From an uncultured Acetatifactor sp. (GTDB lineage: Bacteria > Bacillota > Clostridia > Lachnospirales > Lachnospiraceae), in the NCBI GenBank assembly GCA_910586435.1, contig CAJUGT010000003.1, forward strand, positions 1,782-65,781: a stretch of 64,000 nucleotides of DNA, written 5' to 3'. Each line of letters starts with the position of its first letter. Within the stretch, counting starts at the first letter, position 1. A program made the position numbers and the translations under genes. Positions 8,057-17,877 of the stretch are shown piece after piece. The notes beneath the pieces are model-generated. The model did no database searches, was not told where the DNA came from, and was given only the letters and a program-made list of their open reading frames with translations.

Positions 8057-10259
8057 ACCACCATATCAAATACATCAACGTCAGAGTCAGGCCCACGCAG
8101 AACAGTAAAAGCCCAAAAGACAAACTCCTGCGGATAATCAGATTGTTTTCCTTAAATTCCGCATGTTTCATTGCGGCCAGATGAACATAATCCCTGTGAG
8201 CTTTCTTCTTCCTGTGCCAGGTTCGATTTCCAATGCTTTGCGCCAGATTCAATGCTTTTCCCACTCGCTCCGTGAAAGCATTCCCTTCCATTCTCTCCCT
8301 GGGCAATGGCGAATTGCGGAATATTGTCCTGCGAAGCACGGAAGTCATCCCATCCGCCAAACTGTCCGGAATCCTGCACAATACTCCAAAAACCGCAGGC
8401 AATAACTTTAACAATACGGGCCTGTAAAGCAGCTCCTCCAAATCAAGCCAGGCAGGCCACAAATTCACATATTTTCTTCCCACAGTTTTCTCAGAGCCTG
8501 TACCCCCTTCTCTCTCCATCAATTTTTTACGGACAAAGAACAGATAGACCGCCGCCCCAATGAGTATGGAAATCAGCCCTCCCTTCAGATTCTCAGGACT
8601 GAAATACATTATATTGTGATGTGTCCCTTCTCCGGCCATGGTTTCGGCAGGAATATACGCAGCCGCCTGCCCCTGTGCCATGTAAAAAAAGTTCTCCCCC
8701 AGCCGGGCAGCCTTCTCCATGACTCCATGGGGGAAAAATCCCCACACCAAAAGCACCAGAGCGCTTCCCGCCACTGAAAAAACTGTGGAAAACCTGCCAA
8801 ATCCTTTCATTTCATCATAGATTTTCTGTTGTTCTTCCTTTTGATTCTTCTCCACGAAAACCGCAACGAAAAGCTTTGTCATATAAGCCACGGTCAATCC
8901 CCCTGACAACAGGAAAATCCACTCCACCGCAGTCATAATACTGCCGCCCCCATATTCCACAATACTTTCATGAAGCAGCGTTTTGCTGATATAACCTCCA
9001 AACATGGGCACGCCGCCAATGGCAAGGGCTCCTATGAGAAAACACCCGGCCAGAAGATATTTTCCACGGCCAAACCCCCGAATCACATTTAAATCCATGC
9101 TATGGACATTTTTATGAATTGCGCCTGCTGCCAGGAACAACACCAGCTTTATGAGAGAGTGATTTATCATATGAAGCATAATCCCATGGACCGCAAGCAT
9201 ATCAGGGGCAAAAAAGAGAATGTTGCCCACAGACATATCATTATACGCAGGGTTCTTGGCGCCGGACAGCCCTAACACGCCGATTCCCACAAGAATAAAT
9301 CCAATCTGGGACATGGAAGAGCAGGCCAGCGTCCTTTTCAAATCAATGGAAAATACCGCCAAAAATGCCCCTCCAAACATGGTAAGCACACCCAATGTTA
9401 AAACTGCACTGCCCCAAAAAAAGTCACAGGGAAACAAATTGCAGCTCACAATCAAAATTCCATATATTCCTGTCTTGGTCAGGATACCTGACAAAAGCGC
9501 GGACGCAGGCGCAGGGGCCACAGGATGCGCCTTGGGCAGCCAGATATGCAGTGGGAACATTCCCGCCTTTGCCCCAAATCCAAACAGCAGGCACAGACCT
9601 GCGACATAAAGCATATTTTTGTCATCACATGCCATGGATGCCTGGGCCAACTGCCCCATTGCCAGGGTTCCCAGGTGATACCATAAAAGGAAAAGCCCCA
9701 TGAGCATTACCAGACCTCCCATGACAGCCACCGCCAGATAAGTTCCCGCAGCCCGCAGCGACGCTCTGTTCTCCTCCTGCGCCACCCACACATAGGAAGT
9801 AAAGGACATAATCTCAAAGAAAAGAAAGGTGGTAAACAAATCCGCAGACAGGAATACCCCCATGGTTGCTCCTAAAGTCCAAAGCCAAAATACAAAGAAA
9901 CGGCTTTGATTCTTATGTCCCCTGAAGTATTCTATGGAAAAAATGGATGCCATCATCCACATAAAAGCCACTATGCATCCATAAACCACACGAAAGCCCT
10001 CCAGGACAAAACTTATCCCCAGGCCGCATATATCCGGCAATTCCAGATACAGGACCTGTTCCCCCCGGCTGACGCTCATAACCGCCAAAAGAACCATTCC
10101 CATGAATTCCAATACTGCTGCCAAAATAACTGTGTGGTTTCTAATCTTCTCCCTTTTTTCCGCAATGCCCCAGGAGTCTTTTCCAAAGTTACTTATAAAA
10201 TATACCAATATTCCTGCCATAAAAGGGAACAAAACCAAAATCATCAAACCGGCTTCCAA
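8055..10259 (-). CDS. NuoL/MrpA-family antiporter-like membrane subunit with a long C-terminal extension
   Basis: 734-aa polytopic protein. It has proton-antiporter-family motifs (GFGAKAGMFPLHIWLPKAHPVAPAPASALLSG). A ~230-aa tail ends in a single TM, like the NuoL lateral helix plus anchor. Confidence 0.8.
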   Translation of the reverse strand: MEAGLMILVLFPFMAGILVYFISNFGKDSWGIAEKREKIRNHTVILAAVLEFMGMVLLAVMSVSRGEQVLYLELPDICGLGISFVLEGFRVVYGCIVAFMWMMASIFSIEYFRGHKNQSRFFVFWLWTLGATMGVFLSADLFTTFLFFEIMSFTSYVWVAQEENRASLRAAGTYLAVAVMGGLVMLMGLFLLWYHLGTLAMGQLAQASMACDDKNMLYVAGLCLLFGFGAKAGMFPLHIWLPKAHPVAPAPASALLSGILTKTGIYGILIVSCNLFPCDFFWGSAVLTLGVLTMFGGAFLAVFSIDLKRTLACSSMSQIGFILVGIGVLGLSGAKNPAYNDMSVGNILFFAPDMLAVHGIMLHMINHSLIKLVLFLAAGAIHKNVHSMDLNVIRGFGRGKYLLAGCFLIGALAIGGVPMFGGYISKTLLHESIVEYGGGSIMTAVEWIFLLSGGLTVAYMTKLFVAVFVEKNQKEEQQKIYDEMKGFGRFSTVFSVAGSALVLLVWGFFPHGVMEKAARLGENFFYMAQGQAAAYIPAETMAGEGTHHNIMYFSPENLKGGLISILIGAAVYLFFVRKKLMEREGGTGSEKTVGRKYVNLWPAWLDLEELLYRPVLLKLLPAVFGVLCRIPDSLADGMTSVLRRTIFRNSPLPRERMEGNAFTERVGKALNLAQSIGNRTWHRKKKAHRDYVHLAAMKHAEFKENNLIIRRSLSFGLLLFCVGLTLTLMYLIWW

Positions 10260-10289
10260 TTTCTACCTCCCCTGTTTCATAACCTGTTT

Positions 10290-11762
10290 TCAGCATCCGT
10301 TGGAAAAAGATGTCAACAACTTTATTATGGGCCCTGAACACAGTCCAAAATAAAACATAATAACAACAAAAATCCCCAGGGGCAAGAGCATTTTCCAGTT
10401 GGAATCTCTCACGTTCCTTTCCCCTTCGGAATGGCTCACTTTGCCGGGGGAAAATGCCCGAATCACAATATCCATCATGTATATCGCTGTCAGCAGGGCC
10501 GAAATCATAAGTGCCGCCACTCCTGCGTAAGCCATGGGCATTTCACTTGCCACCGCCGCCTTTGCCAGATTCCACTTACTTACAAATCCACATAACCCCG
10601 GTACTCCCATAAGCGCAAGCGCCGAAATGGCAAAGCATCCAAACACTTTGGGCATTTTCCATCCCAAACCATTGATTTCATGGACATAATGCCTGTCCGT
10701 CTCACAGATAACTGCACCCACACAGAAAAAAGAACATATCTTCATAAAGGAATGGAAGAGCATATGTGCCATGGCCCCTGTAAGGCCCAATGGCGTCATT
10801 AGTACCACTCCAAACAGCATATAGGATAAATTGCTGATGGTTGACCAGGCAAGCCTTCTTTTTAAATGTGTCTCCTTCACAGCCCTGCTGCATCCGTATA
10901 CAATGGTAAAAATCACCAGAGCCATTACCAGTTTCTGTGCCCAGGTCCCCCGCAAAAGCCCCGAGCCAAAACTGAAATAAGTGACCCGCATTACCGCAAA
11001 GGCACCTGTATTCACCACTGCCACCGCATGAAGCAGCGCCGTTACCGGCGTGGGAGCCACTCCCGCCTTAGGCAGCCAGGCAGAAAATGGCCACATGGCG
11101 GTTTTTACACTGAAACCACAGAAACACAGCACATAAATCAATAAAAGCATCAGGGACTTTTCCCCTATTTTCGCTGCGTCCAGGACACCGCCTGGCACAA
11201 AGGATGAAGTGGTGCCGTATACCAATATGAAAACCATACCGATAAATGCGAAAGCGGCGCCTCCCAACATATAATAGAGATATGTCCTTGCGGCCAGAAC
11301 CGCCTCCCTTGTCCTGGTATGCAGTACCAGGGGCAATGTCACAAGGCTCAGCATTTCAAAAAAGAAATACATGGTGAGGATGTTTTCCGAAAGCGCAACC
11401 CCCAACGTAACTCCATACGTAATCAGATAAAACAGGAAAAAGGAACCCTCATTGTCCTCATGCTTCATATATTCAAAGGAATACAACATCGCAAGGGGCC
11501 AGAGGATGGCCGCCATTCCCGCAAATAAGGCCCCAAGGCCATCCATTCGGAACGTGACACTTAAATTTCCCGTAAAACGAAATAATGTCAATGAGCCTTT
11601 TGGAAGACCAAAAAGCAGCATCAATACCAAAACAGAATTGATACAGACCACCGCTTCCAAATAGAATAACATCTGCCTTCGTGTCCGAAATGGCAGCATT
11701 GGCATCAATATGCCTGAAAATACAGGTAAAATTACCACCAACAACATAATTATTTCTTTCAT
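10290..11762 (-). CDS. mrpD: MrpD/NuoM/N-family antiporter-like subunit
   Basis: Motif WPFSAWLPKAGVAPTPVTALLHAV. Start trimmed to MKEIIMLLVV because the upstream 48 codons of the ORF run through an intergenic 33-bp repeat. Confidence 0.8.
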   Translation of the reverse strand: MKEIIMLLVVILPVFSGILMPMLPFRTRRQMLFYLEAVVCINSVLVLMLLFGLPKGSLTLFRFTGNLSVTFRMDGLGALFAGMAAILWPLAMLYSFEYMKHEDNEGSFFLFYLITYGVTLGVALSENILTMYFFFEMLSLVTLPLVLHTRTREAVLAARTYLYYMLGGAAFAFIGMVFILVYGTTSSFVPGGVLDAAKIGEKSLMLLLIYVLCFCGFSVKTAMWPFSAWLPKAGVAPTPVTALLHAVAVVNTGAFAVMRVTYFSFGSGLLRGTWAQKLVMALVIFTIVYGCSRAVKETHLKRRLAWSTISNLSYMLFGVVLMTPLGLTGAMAHMLFHSFMKICSFFCVGAVICETDRHYVHEINGLGWKMPKVFGCFAISALALMGVPGLCGFVSKWNLAKAAVASEMPMAYAGVAALMISALLTAIYMMDIVIRAFSPGKVSHSEGERNVRDSNWKMLLPLGIFVVIMFYFGLCSGPIIKLLTSFSNGC

Positions 11763-11903
11763 ATGATTCCAGTTCCGCCCCTGCCTACGCAATCTTCTAT
11801 CTGTCAAGAAATTTTCTTCGCTTCGCTCTTTAAATTTCTTGATGATTGCTTCGGCAGGGGCTGTTTTTTTTATGATTCCAGTTCCGCCCCTGCCTACGCA
11901 ATC
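11762..11903 (-). repeat. two perfect 33-bp direct repeats (11762-11794, 11871-11903) inside the mrp operon
   Basis: TATGATTCCAGTTCCGCCCCTGCCTACGCAATC occurs twice, 109 bp apart. The proximal copy abuts the mrpD ATG. Confidence 0.9.
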
Positions 11904-11919
11904 CAAAAAAGGGGCTGCT

Positions 11920-13458
11920 TTATTTAAGTATTATTGTGGCTGCTTCGCTTACAAATTGAAGCAGTGGTTTTGGAAAAATTCCGGGCAGTAGTGTAAATAC
12001 TGCCAGCAATAGCAATGAAATCCCCATACCCCAGTCAGTTTTGTCCTTTTGACCTGTATGTTCCAGGTCGGAAGTTTCTTCTCCTGGAAAGAAACCATTT
12101 ATGGTGACAGGGAGAAGGTATCCCGCTGTCAGGAAGGCGCTGATTAAAAGTATCATAGGGCCAAGCCAGGAAAACACAGGGATTTGGGATTGCAGAGCGC
12201 CCTGGGCCAAATACCACTTGCTGAGAAAACCCAGAGTTGGCGGTATACCGATTAGCCCAAGAGAAAATAAGGTAAAACACCCCAGGACCAAGGGCATTTT
12301 CTTTCCAATTCCCCGCAATTGTTCCACTCTCCCATACCCATAGTAATGAAGAAACACTCCTGCTGTCAGAAACAATCCGCATTTGATAAACCCATGCGCA
12401 ATTACATGGAGCAATGCTCCTGACAATGCGTCGGATGTCATAAGGGACAAACCGAACAAAATATAGGACACCTGACTGACTGTAGAATAGGCAAGCCTTT
12501 TCTTAAATCCCTGTTCCCGATAGGCCAGCATGGAACCCATAAACACTGTAAGTAAGGCAAGCGTCATCCAGGTATACTGTACCCATGTGCCTTGTAAAAA
12601 CTCCCTTCCCACCACATAAAATATTACCCTGATAATGGCAATTACTCCTGCCTTTACAATGACGGAAGACAACGCGGCGGAAGCAGGGGACGGGGCCACA
12701 GGATGAGCTGTGGGAAGCCAGGCATGCAAGGGAAGCATCCCGGCCTTTACCCCAAATCCCAACAACATCACAAACACAGCAAGGAGCACAATATCCTCAT
12801 GCCCGCTTACCATGGCATACTCCAAGGTTCCTCCCGGGGTAAAATTCATAGAACCGCAATAACGATACAGGAAAAAAATTCCGAACAAGCCGCAGTATGC
12901 GCCGCACAGGGAATAAAATAAATACTTTCTCCCTGCCCTGACAGCTTCCCTGGTACCGTTATGAAGCACCAGAGGCATGGATACCAATGTAATCAGCTCA
13001 TAGAACAAATACATGGTAATCAGATTTCCCGCATAGACAAAACCTGTCAGCATTCCGTATGCCAATAGAAAAAACGCGTAATATCGCTTTTCTCCGCCTT
13101 CTCTTCTCATATAGGGAACAGAATAGATACCCACAACGGGCCAGATGATACTGATAATTGTCATGAAGAGTCTTCCTGTCTCATCTACATGAAAATATAT
13201 GGAGATGGTATCCAATAGCTGAAATACCGTCACAGAACCATTTCCCCACCATGCGGCAGCCATGGAAAAGCCCACAGAACAAATAAGCGCAATAAACACA
13301 TAAGCATACAGCCAGGCTCCTCCCTCCTGGAGTTTCCCCTCCTCTTCCGTCCTTTCCACCCTGCCCGCAGCTTTAAGGCGTTGGGATAAAGAAAACGCAA
13401 GCAATACCACTCCCGATGTCACTGGCAATCCTATGGAACCCAACATCAAAACCTGCAT
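11920..13458 (-). CDS. mrpD: MrpD/NuoM/N-family antiporter-like subunit (paralog 2)
   Basis: Motif GMLPLHAWLPTAHPVAPSPASAALSSV. Start set at MQVLMLGS, with a GGGGGTG RBS, 12 nt after the upstream stop. Confidence 0.8.
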   Translation of the reverse strand: MQVLMLGSIGLPVTSGVVLLAFSLSQRLKAAGRVERTEEEGKLQEGGAWLYAYVFIALICSVGFSMAAAWWGNGSVTVFQLLDTISIYFHVDETGRLFMTIISIIWPVVGIYSVPYMRREGGEKRYYAFFLLAYGMLTGFVYAGNLITMYLFYELITLVSMPLVLHNGTREAVRAGRKYLFYSLCGAYCGLFGIFFLYRYCGSMNFTPGGTLEYAMVSGHEDIVLLAVFVMLLGFGVKAGMLPLHAWLPTAHPVAPSPASAALSSVIVKAGVIAIIRVIFYVVGREFLQGTWVQYTWMTLALLTVFMGSMLAYREQGFKKRLAYSTVSQVSYILFGLSLMTSDALSGALLHVIAHGFIKCGLFLTAGVFLHYYGYGRVEQLRGIGKKMPLVLGCFTLFSLGLIGIPPTLGFLSKWYLAQGALQSQIPVFSWLGPMILLISAFLTAGYLLPVTINGFFPGEETSDLEHTGQKDKTDWGMGISLLLLAVFTLLPGIFPKPLLQFVSEAATIILK

Positions 13459-13469
13459 ACTAACACCCC

Positions 13470-15044
13470 CTATCCAAACATGGCAAGTCCCTTCTGAATC
13501 ATCCGGATAATTGGCTCTGAATTCAAACCCAAAATAAAATTCAGCACAATAAAACATATCAGCGCCGCAGCTTTTACCGGCTGGTCTTTCATAAAAATCA
13601 CTTTGCCCCCATTTCTTCTCATCTCCTTATGGGATACTTCCCCATAGTTCCATCCATCCTGCACTGCGTAAGAGGCATCTTCCTCCTCATTCCCCCCATA
13701 CCTGGGAGAATATATGCTGATTACCATTTTCATAAAATAAGCGGCGTTCAATATGGTACTAATTGCCAGAGCGATAAAAGTTGGCAGCATCTTATGAGCA
13801 TGTCCCACAGCTGCCTGGGCAAAGAACAGTTTGGATATAAAACCTGAAAACATGGGCATTCCCACCATGGACAAAGAACCCACGGTAAACGCGATTCCAG
13901 CCAGTTTGTTTCGATACCCCGACCCTGCCAGATTCCGGTACCTGGTTCCTCCGGCCGAAGCCGCCGTAAGCCCGGAAGCCGCCACAAACAACAGAGATTT
14001 GGTAGCGCCATGGGAAATCACATGATATATGCTTGCAACCATTCCCTCCTGGGTGGCCAGACCAATGCCCATATAAATATAACCTATCTGTGCCACGGAA
14101 GAATACGCAATCATCCGGGTAATCTGATCTTCCTGCATTGCGTTCAAGGAACCCATAATCATCCCAATGATACCAAAGACAAACAATACATTGGCCACCT
14201 TGCTTCCTGTGAGAACTTCAAACCCCACAACTCTGTAAAATATTTTAATCAGCAGAAATATATATCCCTTTGACACCAAAGAAGAGAGAATGGCTGCCGA
14301 AGAGAGAGTGGAATATCCATATGCGTCCGGAAGCCATGCGTGAAAAGGATACAATGCGCTCTTCATAGCAAGTCCCACGGACATCAATCCCACCGACACC
14401 ATCAAGGGAATATGGTATTGCCCTGTCTGGGCAAGAATATGCACCTGCTCCTTAATATTGCTCATGAGCAGATGCCCGGTCAAATCATATAGAAAACACA
14501 ATCCCAGCAATAGCAGACCGGAACCCAGCAAACTCATAATCATATATCTGGTAGCAGCCTCAATGGTTCTTCCGTTTTGCCGAATCATAATTAACCCGCA
14601 GGCTGAGATGGTATTAATCTCTACAAATACATATGCGGTAAACAAATCGTTGGTATAAATCAAAGCCAGCAAAGAACAAAGAAGCAAATTTACCATAACA
14701 TAATATAGATTTTGCTTGCTTTCCTCAATCTCCTCTTCCCTCTCTCTGGCTCCCGCCACCATACACAAGAGCATAATCACGCAAAAGAAAAATCCCATAA
14801 AGGCTTCCAATACACCCACTCTGATCTCATTGCCCCAAGGCGCTGGAAAATGCCCCATGCGATATACAAAAGCCTCCCCTGTGCCGCCCACATATCCAAG
14901 GACACATGCGGACAGTATACCCACAATGACAATCACCGCCTCATTGACACGTTTTGCCCATTTTCCCGACAGAATGGTACACAGAGGTCCGGAAAACAAT
15001 GTAATTATAATGGATATAAAGGGAAAATTACATACAAAATTCAT
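13470..15044 (-). CDS. MrpD/NuoN-family antiporter-like subunit (paralog 3)
   Basis: Motif ALYPFHAWLPDAYGYSTLSSAAILSS. Polytopic, with a hydrophilic insert before the last TM. Confidence 0.8.
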   Translation of the reverse strand: MNFVCNFPFISIIITLFSGPLCTILSGKWAKRVNEAVIVIVGILSACVLGYVGGTGEAFVYRMGHFPAPWGNEIRVGVLEAFMGFFFCVIMLLCMVAGAREREEEIEESKQNLYYVMVNLLLCSLLALIYTNDLFTAYVFVEINTISACGLIMIRQNGRTIEAATRYMIMSLLGSGLLLLGLCFLYDLTGHLLMSNIKEQVHILAQTGQYHIPLMVSVGLMSVGLAMKSALYPFHAWLPDAYGYSTLSSAAILSSLVSKGYIFLLIKIFYRVVGFEVLTGSKVANVLFVFGIIGMIMGSLNAMQEDQITRMIAYSSVAQIGYIYMGIGLATQEGMVASIYHVISHGATKSLLFVAASGLTAASAGGTRYRNLAGSGYRNKLAGIAFTVGSLSMVGMPMFSGFISKLFFAQAAVGHAHKMLPTFIALAISTILNAAYFMKMVISIYSPRYGGNEEEDASYAVQDGWNYGEVSHKEMRRNGGKVIFMKDQPVKAAALICFIVLNFILGLNSEPIIRMIQKGLAMFG

Positions 15045-15424
15045 TATTTTCCCTCCTTTTTCAGCTGAGTGGATATTTCATCCAGATCCAGAGTATGATA
15101 GCGTCGATATAATCTGATGGTGAGAGAGAGCATCAACGCTGTCACAGACACGGAAACTACGATTCCAGTCAGCACCAGCCCGCTGGGAATTGGATTCACA
15201 TATGCTTCCACACTCTGCACTCCATCCACTACCACCGGCGCTTTCCTGCCCTCAATGTATCCCTTTAAGGCGAGAAAGAGATATGTCGCCGTATCCATGA
15301 TATTTAAGCCAATGATTTTCTTGATAAGGTTTTTCTGTAATAACAGGTTGGAAAAACCAATTCCAAACAATATCATGGCAACTGCCTCTTCATAATTGCC
15401 CACCAAATTTCCCAAGCTCATCAA
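15044..15424 (-). CDS. mrpC: MrpC/MnhC (NuoK-like) subunit
   Basis: 126 aa with 3 TM segments. LFGIGFSNLLLQKNLIKKIIGLNIMD is typical of MnhC. Overlaps both neighbours by 1-4 nt. Confidence 0.8.
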   Translation of the reverse strand: MMSLGNLVGNYEEAVAMILFGIGFSNLLLQKNLIKKIIGLNIMDTATYLFLALKGYIEGRKAPVVVDGVQSVEAYVNPIPSGLVLTGIVVSVSVTALMLSLTIRLYRRYHTLDLDEISTQLKKEGK

Positions 15425-16374
15425 TAATCACCCTTTCGGAACATAACATAAAAAGTATACATGGTACCGGCCACCACAGTACCCACACAAATATTTAATA
15501 ATAAAATCAGCCCGCTGCTTAAAATCGCCCCCGGTGTCCCTAATGGAATCACACTCTCTATATGATTAGCCCCGGTATAAAAGGAATAGCTTTTTGCGAT
15601 ACTGTAACAGGCCAGAGCACAAAAACTGATTCTGCGATAGGTCTTTGCCGTAAAAAATTTTTCTGTCTTTACAAAACCAAAGGCATTCAAATGTAGAATC
15701 AAGCCCGCTCCAATGACAGCTCCGCCGGAAAATCCCCCGCCGGGCCCCAAATGTCCTGCCAGAATCACATATATTCCGAAAATAAAAATGGGTGGAACCA
15801 AAATTCTGGCCACTGTCTGCAATATTACATCGTTTTTCGGTTCATGTGTTCTGTCATTAATCTCCTCTTCCTTTTTGCCGTTTCTCAGCAAAATCAAAAC
15901 CGTACATGTGGCTATGAAGAGTACATGGGATTCCCCCAAAGTATCAAATGCCCTGTAATCTAATATCATTCCTGTGACGATATTCACCGCCCCTGTCTCC
16001 TGAAGCCCATTCTCTATATATCGGGCAGCCACTTCATTGTTCACAGGATTGTCCGCATTGCCAAACTCAGGCAGAGCCGATACCGCTGTCAACAGCATGG
16101 CAACCAGAAATACACAGAATAAAATACTGAATACAAAATATATTTTCTTAAAAATAAGTATTTCTTTATTGTGCTCCAAGTCATAAACCCGTTTTGACAG
16201 GTTCATTTTCTCCCTCCTGCGCAGCAGTTCCCTGACTTCCTCCTTCTCCTGCGCTGTATCCTGTTCCATACAGTCCGTTTCATGGGCGGGAACCTCTTCC
16301 ATGCCATTGAGCCATTGAGTGAATTTATAGGAAAAAGTTTTCCGATATTGCTCTTCAGGAATTTTTCTACTCAT
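15421..16374 (-). CDS. mrpB: MrpB/MnhB-domain subunit with an N-terminal hydrophilic extension
   Basis: MnhB-type segment ETGAVNIVTGMILDYRAFDTLGESHVLF. Confidence 0.75.
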   Translation of the reverse strand: MSRKIPEEQYRKTFSYKFTQWLNGMEEVPAHETDCMEQDTAQEKEEVRELLRRREKMNLSKRVYDLEHNKEILIFKKIYFVFSILFCVFLVAMLLTAVSALPEFGNADNPVNNEVAARYIENGLQETGAVNIVTGMILDYRAFDTLGESHVLFIATCTVLILLRNGKKEEEINDRTHEPKNDVILQTVARILVPPIFIFGIYVILAGHLGPGGGFSGGAVIGAGLILHLNAFGFVKTEKFFTAKTYRRISFCALACYSIAKSYSFYTGANHIESVIPLGTPGAILSSGLILLLNICVGTVVAGTMYTFYVMFRKGDY

Positions 16375-16732
16375 TTTTACCGCCTTTTCCTTCCACTTTC
16401 ACCTCGTTGCTGTCTGCGCTGTGTCCTTCCATTCTCTCCCGGACATTGTGCTGTCCTGCTTCCGTTTGCTCAGACATATTTTTGCTGTCTTCTTTTTTCA
16501 TTATGGCTTCAATTTTTTTCAGTGTCACCAGGAACAATACTGTGGTCACACCCGCCCCCACAGCAGCTTCCGTTATGGCCAAATCCGGAGATTCCAGCAA
16601 AATCCAGATAATGGACATCACAAGACTGTATGACATAAATATCAACACCGTATTCAATAAGTTTTTAGACAGGCTGGCCGCAATGGCGCAAATCACCAGA
16701 AAGCCGAGCAAAATACAATTAAATAATGTCAC
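16367..16732 (-). CDS. DUF4040 / MbhD-like small membrane subunit (equivalent to the MrpA C-terminal part)
   Basis: LESPDLAITEAAVGAGVTTVLFL motif, 3 TM segments, and its position between mrpG and mrpB as in Mbh-type operons. Confidence 0.65.
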   Translation of the reverse strand: MTLFNCILLGFLVICAIAASLSKNLLNTVLIFMSYSLVMSIIWILLESPDLAITEAAVGAGVTTVLFLVTLKKIEAIMKKEDSKNMSEQTEAGQHNVRERMEGHSADSNEVKVEGKGGKNE

Positions 16733-16735
16733 CGT

Positions 16736-17083
16736 TTACGCCTCCTGTTCCGCATCCATGTCTTTTACCTTATAATGTTTCTCTTTTTCCTCATCTGTCG
16801 TCACTTCCAGTCTGGCAATCAAATGTGAAGAAACTGGTGATGAAAACCAGAGAAATACAATTACAAGGAATAATTTTAAGGAAGTAAAGTTTATGCCGCT
16901 TATCACAATCAACCCCAGCAGCGCAAAACCAATTCCAAGGGTATCTCCCATGGCAGCCGCATGCATTCTGTTCAGAACATAGTGGAAACGAAACACTCCG
17001 ATTATCTCTATGATAAAAATCCCAAGTCCGCACAATAACAGTCCGCCGCCTGCTATAAACCGGACCCATTCAATGACCGCCAT
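16736..17083 (-). CDS. mrpG: MrpG/MnhG subunit
   Basis: FHYVLNRMHAAAMGDTLGIG...SSPVSSHLIARL is typical of the MnhG/PhaG family. Confidence 0.8.
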   Translation of the reverse strand: MAVIEWVRFIAGGGLLLCGLGIFIIEIIGVFRFHYVLNRMHAAAMGDTLGIGFALLGLIVISGINFTSLKLFLVIVFLWFSSPVSSHLIARLEVTTDEEKEKHYKVKDMDAEQEA

Positions 17084-17414
17084 CTTTCTCCTCCACAGGC
17101 TTCCCGCCCTCTTCCGATTCCTTTTTCTCCAGGTACACTCCCATACACACTTTAGTCAAAACAATGACAGCAAGAAAACTAATCATGGCATATATAATGC
17201 AAATATCCACAAGGTACCCTTCCCCAAGCATCAATGCCAGAATTGCTATTATCACAATTACCATGGTGCCCATCATGTTCACCGATACAATCCTGTCCGC
17301 TACCCTGGGGCCTATGATGGCACGCACAAGGCATAACATAAGTAATACTGCCAGTACAATCAATACTGCCATGAACAATATGTGATAAGCCTGTTCCAAT
17401 CCCTCAATCCCCAT
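17070..17414 (-). CDS. mrpF: MrpF/MnhF subunit
   Basis: LVRAIIGPRVADRIVSVNMMGT is the MrpF signature. Start trimmed to MGIEG; the longer ORF would overlap mrpE by 83 nt. Confidence 0.75.
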   Translation of the reverse strand: MGIEGLEQAYHILFMAVLIVLAVLLMLCLVRAIIGPRVADRIVSVNMMGTMVIVIIAILALMLGEGYLVDICIIYAMISFLAVIVLTKVCMGVYLEKKESEEGGKPVEEKDGGH

Positions 17415-17877
17415 TTCCGCTTCCCTCCAACTGCCGAATATACTCCACGAACTGGCTGTCTTGCATTCCCTCCGCCAAACTGTCATCCAGACAATGTACT
17501 GTATATTTCGATTCTTCCAATGTAACGGTAATCGTGCCGGGGGTGAGCGTAATACAATTTGCCAGAAAAGCCTTCCCCACAGTTGATTTCAAATCCGAAT
17601 GAAAACTCACAAGCAAAGGTTCCACTTCCTCCCTCTGGCTCAATATCATATGAATAACGCTCATATTTGCCTTGACTATCTCCTTTACCAACAGACAAAT
17701 ATACTTAAAAAACAAAAAAGACTTCCTGTAAACCCAGAATTCCTGTGCCAGGCCATAATCCATAAACTTACAGGTAAACGCCAATAACACACCCGCAATT
17801 ATCAGCCCTATGAGGCCTATCTCCAAAGTAAAACTGCCATTAAAAATTACCCACAACAGAAAATAAAGCAAATACAT
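17404..17877 (-). CDS. mrpE: MrpE/MnhE subunit, first gene of the operon
   Basis: LANCITLTPGTITV motif of the MnhE family, with 2 N-terminal TM segments. Confidence 0.8.
   Translation of the reverse strand: MYLLYFLLWVIFNGSFTLEIGLIGLIIAGVLLAFTCKFMDYGLAQEFWVYRKSFLFFKYICLLVKEIVKANMSVIHMILSQREEVEPLLVSFHSDLKSTVGKAFLANCITLTPGTITVTLEESKYTVHCLDDSLAEGMQDSQFVEYIRQLEGSGNGD

Noticed and set aside
10290-11906. N-terminal extensions of track ORFs: 10290..11906, 11920..13557, 17070..17486, 31519..32460, 36534..38477, 39587..40369, 41859..44489, 48109..49242, 54603.., 56073.. and 420..
   Set aside because: In each case an internal Met with a good Shine-Dalgarno sequence matches the family's usual N-terminus. 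The upstream extension overlaps the preceding gene, a riboswitch or an intergenic repeat.
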